In this document: positions 13,401 to 26,400 of the stretch, piece by piece | How the letters are laid out: each line of letters starts with the position of its first letter | How positions within the stretch are numbered: the stretch's first letter is position 1 | Assembly: GCF_006345805.1 (NCBI RefSeq) | Contig: NC_042997.1 | Span: 140,182,001-140,246,000 of the forward strand | Origin: Octopus sinensis | Lineage: Eukaryota | Length of the DNA: 64,000 nt | Direction: 5' to 3' | Translations under genes and position numbers: made by a program | Notes under the pieces: generated by a model | The model's input: only the letters and a program-made list of their open reading frames with translations | Database searches by the model: none | Told to the model about the DNA's origin: nothing

Positions 13401-14738
13401 CTCTCTTCCTCTTATCACCCTTATTGTGTCCAACATTAGTCCTTTAGAATTTCATGCTTGTTCATTTCTTTCATGTAGGTGTTGATTTACAAAAGATCCA
13501 GGGAGACCTGTAAATGGTCTCTAGCTCGTCCACCAGACTAAGCAAGTAAATATGCATGTGCACACACACACACACACATTTTCTATATCTAATTTGTTTC
13601 AGTCATCTGACTGTGGCCCTGCTGGGGTTTGGTTGAACAAATCAACCCCAGTACTTATTTTAAGTCTGGTACTTATTCTGATCTATCATTCTCTTTATTA
13701 AATTACAATATGCACACACACACAAACACACACACACACTAAATAAATGTTTATGCAATATACATTTGTTTAATTAAAACATCATGACAATCTTGTAAAC
13801 TTGCAATTTTCATTTCAAAATTATTTTATAGGTTCTGTGTCTACACTAATTGATATTGTCATTGAAGATATTTGTCTATGTTGCCAATGAAGATGTTCTA
13901 GTAGTTGATTTTATTTTTAATAGTTAAAAAAAAAATGGGGTCAAGAAATAACCTTGAAGCTACTCCGCCTTTCTTTCTAAAGTTTGTTATTTAAAGCATT
14001 GACTTGATCTGTGTGTATGTCTGTTAAGGCTGTGTTTAATCTTGGAGACGATGAAAGTTGAATGGAAATGTCATAAATAAAGCAGAAGGCCAAATCTCTT
14101 TCAGCTATGCTGTGCCTTTGTTATTGGGAAGGCCTTCCTTTTAAAACACACAAACACACATACACATACCCTATCACAAATCCAGCCTGAACTAAACCCT
14201 GTTACTACAGAAGTAATCTTCTTGTAACCCTCTATCTGGCACTCTAACAAAAGGTTCCTTTTCCAAAGAGCTATGTTTGCTGCTTGCTTTAATAATATCT
14301 CTGTGTCAACAGTGGTGGCCTATGATGACAAGGTTCCGAAAATCGAAATAGCCGAGACTCCATTGTGTTTATTTACATTTTACAAGTAATAATTTTTATG
14401 GTTTTATTTTTTAAAATATTCCCTCTAACTTCAGTTGCATTTTCTGGCCAAAACTGTTTATAACCTTGAACAGAAATAAGTTAAATAAACACGGCATTTT
14501 TTCATCCCTTTTTTCCCTCTCTCTTACTATTTTTGATCACAATACTTGTAAGTCATTGCTTCAATCAGTTCCTGATTTGGAATAGCAGACATGAAACCAA
14601 TTGTCTTTTGTCTCAGTAAGTTGATGACATTTACAGATAAAACCCATTTCTTACCTATTTTTCTTTTGCAATAATGACTTACTGCACTAATTATTATTTT
14701 CTTTATCAATTCTTCCTTAATTCTCATCTCTTTCAAGC

Positions 14739-14778
<40 letters not shown>

Positions 14779-17700
14779 TATATATACACACACACATACA
14801 CACACACATATATATGTATACATTTAGTGTTATAGCTTGGGAAAAAGAGTATTCAGTGTCATTGTAGAGATTAATAATATATTTTATTTTGGTAGAGTTA
14901 GTCCCTTGCTATCTCTGAAATTAGTTTCATCTGTGGGTGCACAAGATCTTCAGTTATGTCATAAGTTGCCCGAAGATCCGATGCACTCACAAGTGAAACT
15001 CAGAGTAGCATGAGACTGACTTGACCAAAATGAAATATATATTTAGCTTTCATTTATAGAAAATTTTGCAAAATTACGTAATTTCTCTGGAGTTGTGGAA
15101 TTCTTTTTTTCTTCTTATCTTTTTGCAAATATATTTTGCCATGTGTTTTAATAATGTTTACTAATTACAATAATGAATGCTGCTGTCTTAGACCTTTATC
15201 TGTAACATTCTATACTAGCTACTGTGACAATTTCATATTACATGTGAAAAATTACATAAACATTATAGTTATTTTTGTTTTTAAATTACTGTGCTGATTC
15301 AATGTTTATTACTAATGGTAGGAGATATCAGCAATGATATGTTTATTAGTAATTGTAAGAGATATCAGCAAAGATTTCAGTTGAGTCTGTTACAAAAACT
15401 TTTATCATTAAATACACTCAGACATTCTCATTAGGATAAGCAGCTTCTTCTTTAGTCATTCCTCTGTAATATATTAAGTACATAATTCTCTTTTGACAAA
15501 ATGCCAAACTCAGACACTTATAATTATAATTATATATCTTTCTTCTTCATTTTTTTTTATTTCTTTCAATCATACACTCAGAGATATCATCACATTCTAT
15601 GCTTATTTCTCTTTCTGATTGGCTTTGGTGAGCATAGATATTAAATTTCATCGAACTGATTAATCTTATTTGCAAAAGCAACATGGCTCAGTCATAGGGT
15701 ATTACTCAGACTTTTGGAATAGTACAGCTGTTTCAGTCATCAAAGTATTAAAATGCTTCTTTGGAAAATAACCATCTGTATGAAATGATAATTTTCTACC
15801 ACTAACTCTATATCATTCTTAACCCATTTTTAAGCCGTCCCCTTAAACTTGATTCTTCCATCTCTCTTACTCAAGTAGGTCTATCATATTACCTTCTTAC
15901 AAACTGAAACTGAAATGTGTTAGCCTAAAACCCATACTTTTTGGGTGTAAATTTCATCTTTCAGATAATCCTTTCACGGGCAAGCTTTTTCATCAATCTT
16001 TTGTATTAAATTATGGAGTTCTACATGTCTAGCAAGTGACTTGATTTGAGACCATCTGTTGAAACTGAAGCAAGTGCATCATAGAAGAACCAGTTTAGCC
16101 ATCTAAAAACTCGCAAAAACTGTTAAATTCACATTACATTTATATCTCATAATTGCTAAGGTGCAATGGAATTGTGTTAGTGATCATGTTGAAGTAGTGT
16201 AATGAATATTTTGACACCTCAAAAAGTAAATGAAAAAGTGAATTTAAATAGTCTCTTATGGGTCCTTAAATGGTCGAGATTGCAGTTCTTCCATGTTGTA
16301 ATTGCTGTTGAATTTAACTTATATTCTACTATACAACTATCTGTCTTTTGCTTGAGTGAGGTCATGAGAGTAGGGGTTCTCAACCAGTTATGTATGGACT
16401 CCTTTGATTACTATTTTACTCTGGTGAACCCCCATAACCATTCTATATTTGAAAACTAGTTTTATAGAAACTGCTTTCAATATTCCTATTTTGTTTTTCA
16501 CACATTTACCTGTGTAGGTTGAATTATGTAAAATATTAGAGAAAGAAACCGGGCTGTTTCTTGCAATATATACAAATATATACATCTAAAGTAAAATGTT
16601 TCCAGGAGCCTTTAAAATACTATTGTGGATCCCCAATTTACTATTTTGTTGCATACCCCCCCCCCATCTTATATGGTGCATCATGGGCCATTGTTGAAGA
16701 TACTTACCCAAGATGCTGCACAATGGGTCTGAACCTAAACCCATGTGGTGGTTGGGAGGTAAACTTCTTACCAGACAGCTACAAATATAATGGCCATCAT
16801 TCTGTTTGGTATTTGTTTATTGCTAGGTATTGTTATTTTTATGTTCATCTTTCTTGAGAGGATTATACTGTGGCTGCAGGTAAGCTGGAGGAAACAAATG
16901 AAAGCAAACACAAAATCTGGCAATATGCCTTGAACTTTTGTTGGATTTATTTGTTTTAAGACTGGCTCAAAGTGTTGAAAGGATAAGATAAATCCAGTAG
17001 AGAGACATTAGGGAGTAACAAGGTGTTAAATATACACAACACAAATCACAGTTTTGAGAAATGTTAATGCACTATTCAAGTTAGCTCTTTGTGAGGGAGG
17101 AAACTATTTTGGCATAGGGTTTAGTATAATTCTATGTCAAACAATCTACTTTTCAGATAAATTGCCCTTTTTAATAGTTTAACAAATAGCTTAACAACAT
17201 TGTATTACTTTTACACATACCTTATCTATTATTGTTTTATTATTTTTTTTATACTGAATTTAACTTAGGAAATAAAAAATTTATTTCTGTCTAAATTGTT
17301 GACTCCATCTTCATCATCACTATTTAACATTCATGTTCCATAATGGTATAGGTTGGATGGTTTGGCAGCAATTGATGTGTCCAAAGATCACATTGTGCTC
17401 CGCTTTCTGTATTGGCATAAGTTCTACAGCTGGATGCCCTCCCTAATACTAACTTTACACTTTACAGCATGTATTAGATGCTTTTATCATGTCACTGGTA
17501 CTAGTAAGGTTGCCATGCAGCTTGCTAGAGTACAAAATTCCTGGTAGGATGAGTGGGGGTTGGCAGAATTCATGCAAGAAGAAGAGGTTAAGGCATCTAT
17601 ATACTTTTAAAGATGCTATTGTAGCCTTCAACTGCAACTTTAAATTGTAGATCTAAAATTTAAGAGGCTGATTTATCACATTGTTTTATAATTTGGGAGG

Positions 17701-17891
17701 ATTTTATATAATTTCTTATATAAATGGTAGGTAATCAAGATAAAAATATCCATCATTAATTTTAAATAAATGAATACATGTATTTTTTCATATTTGGACT
17801 TTAGATTATGTTTCATTGAATTTGTTTAAGTTTTTGTCATTAAGACATTTTCTTTTTAAATTATTGTGTTTTTTTTTTTTATATATTTTAG

Positions 17892-18415
17892 ACCTCCAAG
17901 AATCTGAGACTGATGTTGACTTCATTGAAACAAGCCCATCATCTTCAACCAAATCGTCAGATATGTTTTACACTTCAGTATCATCTTCGTCCAACGATGG
18001 TGGTCAGTCGTCTGATTTGGACTCTTCTGGAGTACACAGTGGTAGTTTTTCAGTAAGTAGCTCACCAAAAGCGAATAATAGCAAAGATTCTGATAGAGAC
18101 TCAGGGCGCCTCTCCATACCAGATTCTGCCAGTGAATATTCTTTGACTGAAACAATATCGGCATGGGATATTTCAATGCCATCAGTCTCACCAGCTACTT
18201 CACATTTAAATCTACATTACTCGGAAGATGACTTGAGCAAATATGAAGACAAAACAGGTAAAAAAGACAAGATTCGTTCAAGAAAAGACAAAATCATGAT
18301 GTCTATTAAAACTTTTAAGAAGAAGATCATGAAATTGTCAAAAACTAACCGAGAACCTGGAGATGAAACAGATACTTCAAAGCCTTCTGACGAATCATTA
18401 TATCAGTGGGTTGTG
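17892..18415 (+). CDS. FMNL: Formin exon 1 in window: Ser-rich N-terminal region (DLQESETD...SLYQWVV)
   Basis: Acceptor tttag| at 17891, donor |gtaagt at 18416; open 174 codons; first internal ATG at 17963. Confidence 0.82.
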
Positions 18416-21400
18416 GTAAGTAAGCTATTTGGAATTATTCTTTTATTTGTTTCAATCATCTGACTGCAGCCATGCTGGAGCAATGCTAAGTTACAGGGAT
18501 ATAAACACACCAACACTGGTTGTGAAGCAGTGATGGGGGCACAAAATAAACACGCACACACACACACTCACACACACACACACAATGGGGTTCTTTCAGT
18601 TTCTGTCTACCAGATCCACTCACAAGGCTTTGGTTGGCCTAAGGCTATAGTAGAAGACAGTTGCCCAAGGTATCATGCCGTAAGACTGAACCCAGAACCA
18701 TGTGGGACCCCGGAACCATGGTTGGGAAGCAAGCTTCTTACTACATGGCCATGCCTGCGCCTATAGAGAAATCTATTAATGGTTTCAAATTTTGGCACAT
18801 GGCCAACAGATTTTGAGGGAAGGGGAAGTTGATTACATTGTCCCTAGTACATGACTGTTACTTATTTTATCAACTTTGACAGGGTGAAAAGCAAACCTTG
18901 GTGGAGTTGGTACTTAGAATATAAAGACAGACAGAGTGTTGCTAAGCATTTTGTTTGGTTTGCTAACAATTTTGCCAGCTCGCCACTTTAAAAAAATCTA
19001 TTTATGTCATCTGGGTTAATATGAACCTTAAAAATAGTAATTGAATATGTTTAAAGATGTGGATTTGAACCTCATGGCAGTCTTTGACTTTTTCTATCCA
19101 AAGCATTTTTTAACCCTATATTTACATGCTTTGGTTGCTTCAAGATCTACCATTCTAAAACAAAATTATTTTACATTCCCTTGAAGTTTAAAACTCCTCA
19201 TGATGTGAATAGTTTAATAGTGTCTGTAATATTTTGAAATATTTAAATGAAATTCTAAAAAGTTCTTAATATTGAAAGTGCTTATGGAAGCTGGCAGAAT
19301 TGTGAGCACTCCAAGCAAAACGCTTAGTGGCACCCAGGTCAATATGGAATATGGATGTTAAATGATGCTGCTGCTGATGATGATGGTGAAAGAATGGGGG
19401 AATGCTATTAACTTTATAAATTAGAGCATTTATGAGATGCCTTCTATATTGCAATTTCAAAGTTTCTAATTCTTTCAGCTTATCAGGTATCAAGAAATTA
19501 ATAAATAAGTGAAAATAATTATTTATTTAATTTACTGTTTATTGGTTTCCCTCAAAAGCACAATCAGCCATCTTATGGTGTACACACACATACACACACA
19601 CATGATGCGCTTCTTTCAGTTTCCACCTACCAATTCCTCTCACAAGACTCCAGTAAACCCAGGTGTCACACAGTTACACTGTAGAACTGAACCTAGAGCC
19701 ATGTGATTGAGAAGCAAACTTTTTACTACACAACCACACCTGTGGCTATGCAGCCACACTTAGAATAGTTATGTATATAACTGTTTGCTTTTTTTATATT
19801 TCAGGATAGTCTGTCACAACTAGATAATGAAGGTATCAATTCTGATATTGAGAAAAAGGTAATTAACATTGCATAAATATTTTTCTTTTATTTCATAAAA
19901 TGCTTTCCTAAACCAGTTACTTTTACTTGAATTAGTTCTAGAAAATATATGTTATTAAACTTACTCTTCTCTTCATTATCCAATGGAACCAGTGTTACTC
20001 TTCTATGCATTTGTTATTCTATAAAGAGAAGGCATACATTTTTTTTTTACTGGGTTCAGTGTGTAATCTCCAGCTTAGCTGAAGATCCATATCCAAGGGT
20101 TTTACACTTTGCCTGTCCAAAGCATTTTCATAAGCTTGTCCTAAATGTCCATGCTAGGTTTTCTGACAGTTAGCTAGACCTTGATTCCTATGTTCTGAGT
20201 AACTTAAAGCTTTCCTTTTATAAGTTCCAAGTTACTCTGGTGGTTGAAAAAAGATTGAGAATGTTTATAATATTATGATGCATGGTTGCCAGGGAAATAT
20301 GTCCTGTGTATCACATGTGACACACTGGACAAGCAAAGTTGTGTCACCTGGTTGAGGGTGATACAATGCACCTAATCACCCCAGGAAACATCAGGGCACC
20401 CCAGAAAACATTGCTTATGATGTGTCCAGATGCATCACAGTGATGTACAGAAAAACAGATATACAAAATTAAATTTCTATTAAACCATTTTGGAGGTGCG
20501 TGGCTTAGTGGTTAGGGTGTCAGCATCATGATTGTGTTCTTGAGGAAAACACTTCATTTCATGTTGCTCCAGTCCACTCAGCTGGCAAAAATGAGTAATG
20601 CTGCGAGGGACTGGCGTCCCATCCAGCTGGGGAATACATACGCCATAGAAACTGGGAAACTGGGCCCATGAGCCTGGCTAGGCTTTAAAAGGGTGCATTT
20701 ATTTTATTTTATTAAACCATTTTACTTTTACATTTTGTTTCTCTACTAGAATAATTGATGTTTTTTTTTGGTTTATTTGTTTTTTTCTTAGATGCTCTCT
20801 CGCCCTACTAATGCTGTACCGTTATACATTGAATGTCTGAAAAAATGCATTGAGAAGAATCTGCTTTCTTGTCCCCCATCCGATGTATACTCAGCTACTC
20901 AGTTTGAGAAATACAAAGGCACTCTTAATGAAATCAATCCAATTTCCTATGTCCTTCAAAGGCTTAAAGGCGACTTGCGTTTGGCAGAAGAAAAGTAAGT
21001 AAAAATTTATTCTCTCACTACATGTTCCTGTTAATCATTGACAAAGACCATTTTCTGTTTCTTCCCTAACAGAGTTCTTTAGCATTTAAACCAGCCATAT
21101 CCAGCCAAAATATTCTTCCTGTTTTATGTTCAAACTGGCCAGATCCAGTCTCTCACACCTATCCTTTAATGTTGGTCTAAAAAAAAAATATACACATAAT
21201 TGAATCAAACACATCACAAACATTTGCTTTGCAGTGTTGACTTAAAATTTCTATCAACTTAACAATTTAATATCATAGTTGGTGTTCTTTTTTTTATTCA
21301 ATCTAGACTGAGTTTTTGTTACTCATTCTAGAAGCTTCTAGCTCATTTTCATTTTTTGAATCATTCAATGGCTTTGAAATCTAATCTAAACTCTGACCCT

Positions 21401-23443
21401 AAAAGTTTTGTTTTAAGGATACTTCTGAAAGGTATGTCAGTGACTAAAAATTATTTCCTGATAGAATGCTCTAAGAACTATCATATGTGTCTGCCTAACT
21501 GTCTATCTGGTTGGCTGTTTAGTCTCATTATCTCATTCGTTCTCTCAACATATATTATAAATTGCTGACAAAAAAGGTCCTCACACCCACACACACACAC
21601 ACTTATAACTATATCCCCACTCATACACATATGATTATTTGTTTGTGTTTCTTTTGCAGTTTTGTCCTTGAATACATTAATAAGCCTAACAGAGGAATGA
21701 TTTTGATGGTTCATTTGCTACAAGACATCCAAGTGGCTGGAATGTCTCTATCAGAAACAGCCTCTATAATGGCAAACCAAGGACTCAAGTATGATGAATA
21801 TCAACAACAACTGGTATGTGAGAACTTCTTGAACTTTCAGACCATATCGCTTAAGCTAAATTGAAAAATATTTTTAACTTCATTGATACCAACCCATGTT
21901 AGGGTACCCTTGATTCTGTGATGCAAACTTCCAGTTTTAATATGCGTATTTATTCACATTGTTTTGAATCAATTGTGCATAGAACATAGGATCAACTCAC
22001 ATATTATTAATCTAAACCTTCCAAAGTTTTATAGTAATTTAGAAAGCAAAACAATTGTTAGATCCTGAATTGAGTTCAAACTGTATTTAAAATAAGGACA
22101 ATACATATAACTTATGTATTAAGTGATCTTTTCAAGTTGATCCTGAATAATTATGAATTACTTCTAAACCTGTCTCTTATTATTTCTGTTCTTTGCAAGG
22201 TGGCAAGCTGGCAGAATCATTAGCAGCATTTCATCTGTCCTTACTTTCTGAGCTCAAATTCTGCTGAGGTCAGCTTTGCCTTTCATCTTTTCGGGGTTGA
22301 TGAAATAAGTACCAGTTACACACTGGTGTCAATGTAATCGTCTTGCCCCCTCCCCCAAAATTTCAGGTCTATAGTAGAAAGGATTATATTTGTTGTTTGC
22401 TTTACTGCACATCAGCCAATTTTTGGACACTTCCTGTAGCCTATCAGTTTTTCTATGAGAGATGGTTGCTAGCTCCTCACTTAACTTTTCTCAATTTCTT
22501 GAGAAAGAGATGCTTTGAGTAGTCCCTTATGGCCTTTCCCACTCTGCAATGGAACTGATACTGAGACAGAGCAAGAAGATAGAAGAATCAACCTTAGTAC
22601 ATGACTGGTACTATATTTTATCAACCCCAGAAGAATGAAAGACTAAGTTGGCCTCAATGGCATTTGATCTCGCAGTGCAGAGCCATATTAATACTGCAAG
22701 ACAATCTAACACTCTAAATGGCTTTGTCAATTCACTGTCTTTAAAACCTTTTACCAAGCTGGAATAACAAAAAGAGTAGCTTTCTTGTTGCCTATGCTTT
22801 TAATCATAGCTGAATATAACAGTGGTTATGCTGTTTATGTTTATGATTTTAATACAAATGTACAAATATATAGGTAATAAGCAGTCAATGACTTTGAATA
22901 TTAAACAAATTAACCATATAATGTTGAAAAAGATATTTTCAATATCGTTTTAAAAACTGACGGATGAAATGTTAATTCTGTTCAACATTACTGCTGTGTT
23001 GAAATTTTGCTGTTTTTTGGGGTTTTTTTTCTTTTAAGTATTGGTGAACAATTTATCTGTTGTTCCTACCCCTAGCTGTTGCAGTAAATATAGCTGGCGA
23101 GTTCATGTCAACATGTTCGTTATTGTTTCTGCCTCTTGTTAAATGTTTTGGTGTTAGTCTTGCTTCAAGAAGCAGTGAGGACATAGATAAATAAATAGAC
23201 ATAGAATCAAAAGAAAAAAAAAAGAAATAGAAAAGAAAAGGGAAGGAACATAGAGTAGGGAGTTAGATGCAAAAAGAAGAAAAAAAAAGAAAAGATGAGT
23301 GTAGTTTTCTTACCATCTTTGTTTTACGTTTTTCTTTTTTCATTGTTAGCCTTTTGTTTACTTTTTCTGTTTTTCATTCCAACTTTTGTTTTCTTCCTAT
23401 TTTCTTGTTTATTTTTCTTTCTTTTTTTTTCACACATACTTAC

Positions 23444-23478
<35 letters not shown>

Positions 23479-26400
23479 ACCTTCTTTTTAATCTCTAAAA
23501 TATAATTACTTGATCTTGTATGCTAACCTTCCACTCTCCCACCCAAACGCCTTGGAGGTGAGTACCGTTAGATATACTGCATGTGTTTGCTTGGTTTTTC
23601 TGTTGCAATGACGTCAATCTTTCATAGTTTGACTTGTTTGTGTGTATATGGTGTGAGCTTTTCAACACGAGTGTTTTGTTTCGGTTTTGTTTTCGTGTCT
23701 GTTACCCGCATTACTCCTTAAACTTTCTACCAATACTGCTATTACTCTTACTGTTTAATTATTCATTGATCTGTTCCCATCCATGCTCATACTTGGTAAA
23801 ATAATTGAGTAAGTAAATTTCATCATCATCATCATCATCATCATCATCGTTTAATGTTCGTTTTCCGTGCTAGCATGGGTTGGACGGTTCGACCGGGGTC
23901 TGGGAAGCCAGGAGGCTGCACCAGGCACCAGTCTGATCTGGCAGTGTTTCTACAGCTGGATGCCCTTCCTAATGCCAACCACTCCGTGAGTGTAGTGGGT
24001 GCTTTTTACGTGCCACCGGCACAGAAGCCAGTCAAGGTGGTGCTGGCATCGGCCACGTTCGGATGATGCTTTTTACGTGCCATCGGCACAGAAGCCAGTC
24101 AAGGCGGCACTGGCATCGGCCACGTTCGGATGGTACTTTCTACGTGCCACCAGCCAGGTTGACTTTGCCTTTCATCTCTTCAAGGTTTCATAAAATAAGT
24201 ACCAGTTGATCACTTGGGGTCGATGTAATTGACTAGCTCCTCCCCAAACTTGTTAGCCTTGGGCCAAAATGTGAAACTAATATAGAAAGGTAATCTGTAG
24301 GACTTAGATCAGGGAATAGCGGATCTTTTAAGTACTAGGCTGAATTGTAAGTGTATAAGAACCTGTATAAGAATTGTTGGGGTGCATCTGTGCTGACAAA
24401 AAAACGTTTTATTTTTTACACATTCATTGGTAAGCAACTTGCATTAAATTATGGTTGTAGTCTTAAGGCTTGAATTGAAACAAAGATAGTGTATTTCTGT
24501 TGAAATGCACCACTTTTGTACTGTTGTTTCAATTCATTTTGAAAATAATAAAGAATTTAGTAAAACAACTTTGTCCTTAGTTGGCTGATATTTGGAACAT
24601 AACATGAAATTCTGACAGAAGGTCTTAATGTTGATCATTATGAAGCAAAAAGTTTAGATCATAGACCCAAAGGTGGTTTCAAACTCAATACAAAGTTTGG
24701 TATCAAAAGGGTTATACCATTTTTTTTCATATGGGTTTTTTGTGACTTTGTCACTTGGCAAGTTTAAATTTGAATGCATGCAAAATTTTATCCAGAGGTG
24801 GGAAGTTTATGTTTTTATTTTTCGAAAGAGTGAGTGGATTTGAAACATTGACTGGACTTTGAAAAATGATAGGGATTGAATTGACAACATCAGCTGGGGC
24901 TTCCATGTTGATGGCAATAAATTAAACGAGATACAACCATTTCTAAAGTTGAATCTAAATAAACTAATTTGGATTCAGATTAACGGAATGGGTGAGCAAT
25001 TTAATGAACTGTTTTACTTCATGTAAAATGTTGGACAATTAAACATTAAAAATAAATTACATCTAATCATCATCATCATCATTTAATGTCTGTTTTCTAT
25101 GCTGGCATAGGTTGAATGGTTTGACAGGATCCAATGAGTCACAGGGCTGTACAAAGTTCCATTGTTGGCTTTGCCATGGTTTCTGTAGCTGGATGCCCTT
25201 CCTAATGCCAGCCACTTTACAATATGTACTGGGTGCTTTTCATCATTCTACCAATATTGGTGACATTGCCAAGTAATTGCAAGACAAAAAAAAAGAATGG
25301 GAAATTTTTCAGAAAAAAGTTTAATGGCTTCAAGGGTTTAATCAAGCAAATCGATCCCTATATTTATTTTATCAGTCTCTTTTGCCAAACTGCTACATTA
25401 TGGAGACGTAAACAAACCAACACTGGTTATTGAGTGGTGGTGGGGGGCATAAATACAAACACAAAGACACACATCTATGTGAAGGGCTTCCACACAGTTT
25501 CCATGCATCAGATTTATTCAGAAGACATTGGTAGGTTTGGGGTTACAGTACAAGACACTTGCCCAAGGTGCTGAGCAGGAGGACTGAACCTGAAACGATG
25601 TAGTAAATTTCTGTGAAAAATGCTTTACTATGCAAAGCAATAGGGTAATCTTAACCTTTTCTGTTACAAAACAAGACTCAAAACAACAAAAGTAGAATTA
25701 ATGATAACCATAAAATATTAGAAATTTATAAAGATTAGGAATGATTAAAATAATCCAAAACGAAAAATTTTTGAATGGCTCAAAATAGTTTCAATTAATT
25801 TTGAGAAATATCGATTAGCAATCCAAGCAACAATTTTTTTCCCACAGTCAATGTTGCTTAATTTTTGTTGAATTTCAGACATAAGGAAATTTTTTGAGGG
25901 CAAAAAGGCAACCACATTCCTTTTCTGTCGAACTGACAGCATATCTGCTACATTCTTGTCATACATTAAGTGTGCATGTTTCCTCAATCTTGTATTGATA
26001 CAAACTCAATTGTACCCTCATAGACAAAGTCAAATGGTGGAACATATTTTAAATGGGATTACAGCTATGTTCAGTAAACAGATCCTAACACTTTGACTGT
26101 GTAATTAAATTTCATGGTCATTCCCGTAATGATCAATGTTAATTATCCACCAAAGAAAAAAAAAAAATTAGAATTGATATTTTCTGTTTCTGCAATACTT
26201 TTTCAGTATCTCTTGAAGGTCTGCAGGTACAGTTTTCATATCTACCACTAAAAGTATTTGGTTCTTACTCTATAAAGAGATATTTGAAATATATGAGAAA
26301 AAAATAAAGAAAGATCTGAAAAATTAATTTTGTTAGAAAGTGTCATTGGGGGTGTCTCCTTTTCTTGCAGCATAATATTTTATCTTTTACTTGTTCTGCT

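Noticed and set aside
14310-14400. CpG-containing stretch after an AG (VVAYDDKVPKIEIAETP) as a possible upstream formin exon
   Set aside because: No good donor in a compatible phase; more likely a repeat fragment.
17816-17891. ORF-track start of the 215-aa ORF
   Set aside because: It begins at TTG in the intronic polypyrimidine tract; only 17892-18415 is exonic.
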